NCBI GenBank assembly: GCA_964404025.1
Contig: CAYOIJ010000005.1
Location: 1 to 63,228, forward strand
Direction: 5' to 3'
Length of the DNA stretch: 63,228 bases
Source: an uncultured Pseudomonadales bacterium
GTDB lineage: Bacteria; Patescibacteriota; Microgenomatia; UBA1400; PJMF01
Position 1 is the first letter of the stretch; every line of letters begins with the position of its first letter. The notes under the pieces are model-generated. The model did no database searches. It saw only the letters and a list, made by a program, of their open reading frames with translations, and was not told the DNA's origin. A program made the translations under genes and the position numbers. Shown here in pieces: positions 63,167 through 63,228 of the stretch.

Positions 63167-63228
63167 ATTAATGGTTTTTAAAAACCTTTCTTGTGAATAA
63201 AATTAGACAGTAAGTGGAAGAAAAATAA

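Noticed and set aside
1-63228. TGA recoding (genetic code 25)
   Set aside because: Conserved genes are full-length under code 11, and several (nadD, the cofE-like gene) end at TGA overlapping the next ATG

Overview
AT-rich bacterial chromosome segment using the standard genetic code. The gene content points to a Patescibacteria/CPR genome, probably Microgenomates-like: information-processing and salvage genes, a DUF5663-like protein and no amino-acid biosynthesis (taxonomy is inferred). About 1-44 kb is core genome: tRNA-Leu, dnaB, tRNA-Ala, hisS, rpmE, prfA, ctpA, rpsF-ssb-rpsR, ychF, tgt, radC, cysS, hpf, recR, tmk, dut, folA, a cofE-like gene, thyA, nadD, topA, dprA, an mreB-like/mreC/mreD/pbp2 operon, def, fmt, rpmB and an ECF sigma module. 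About 46-52 kb and 55.4 kb to the end are accessory, with orphans, remnants, a frameshifted membrane glycosyltransferase, FtsK-like domains, a macrodomain and an alarmone-hydrolase-like HD protein. Best finds: (1) a complete His-leader-peptide attenuator (MQKLIAQILAVHHHHS with 1:2, 2:3 and 3:4 hairpins) upstream of hisS, missed by the ORF track; (2) a thymidylate/folate neighbourhood with a HIGH nucleotidyltransferase, a dCMP deaminase fused to a degenerate HIGH-like domain, an HxHxQ HIT protein and a CofE-type putative folate glutamylase; (3) a catalytically eroded, shortened MreB in the mreB position; (4) three tRNA-Trp-like 3'-end copies bracketing small cassettes and a nested palindrome at the island edge; (5) three FtsK domains that each lack a catalytic residue; (6) widespread leaderless-type promoter architecture. 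No CRISPR array, rRNA, integrase or transposase is visible. Family calls come from motif recognition only; no database searches or folding programs were run.
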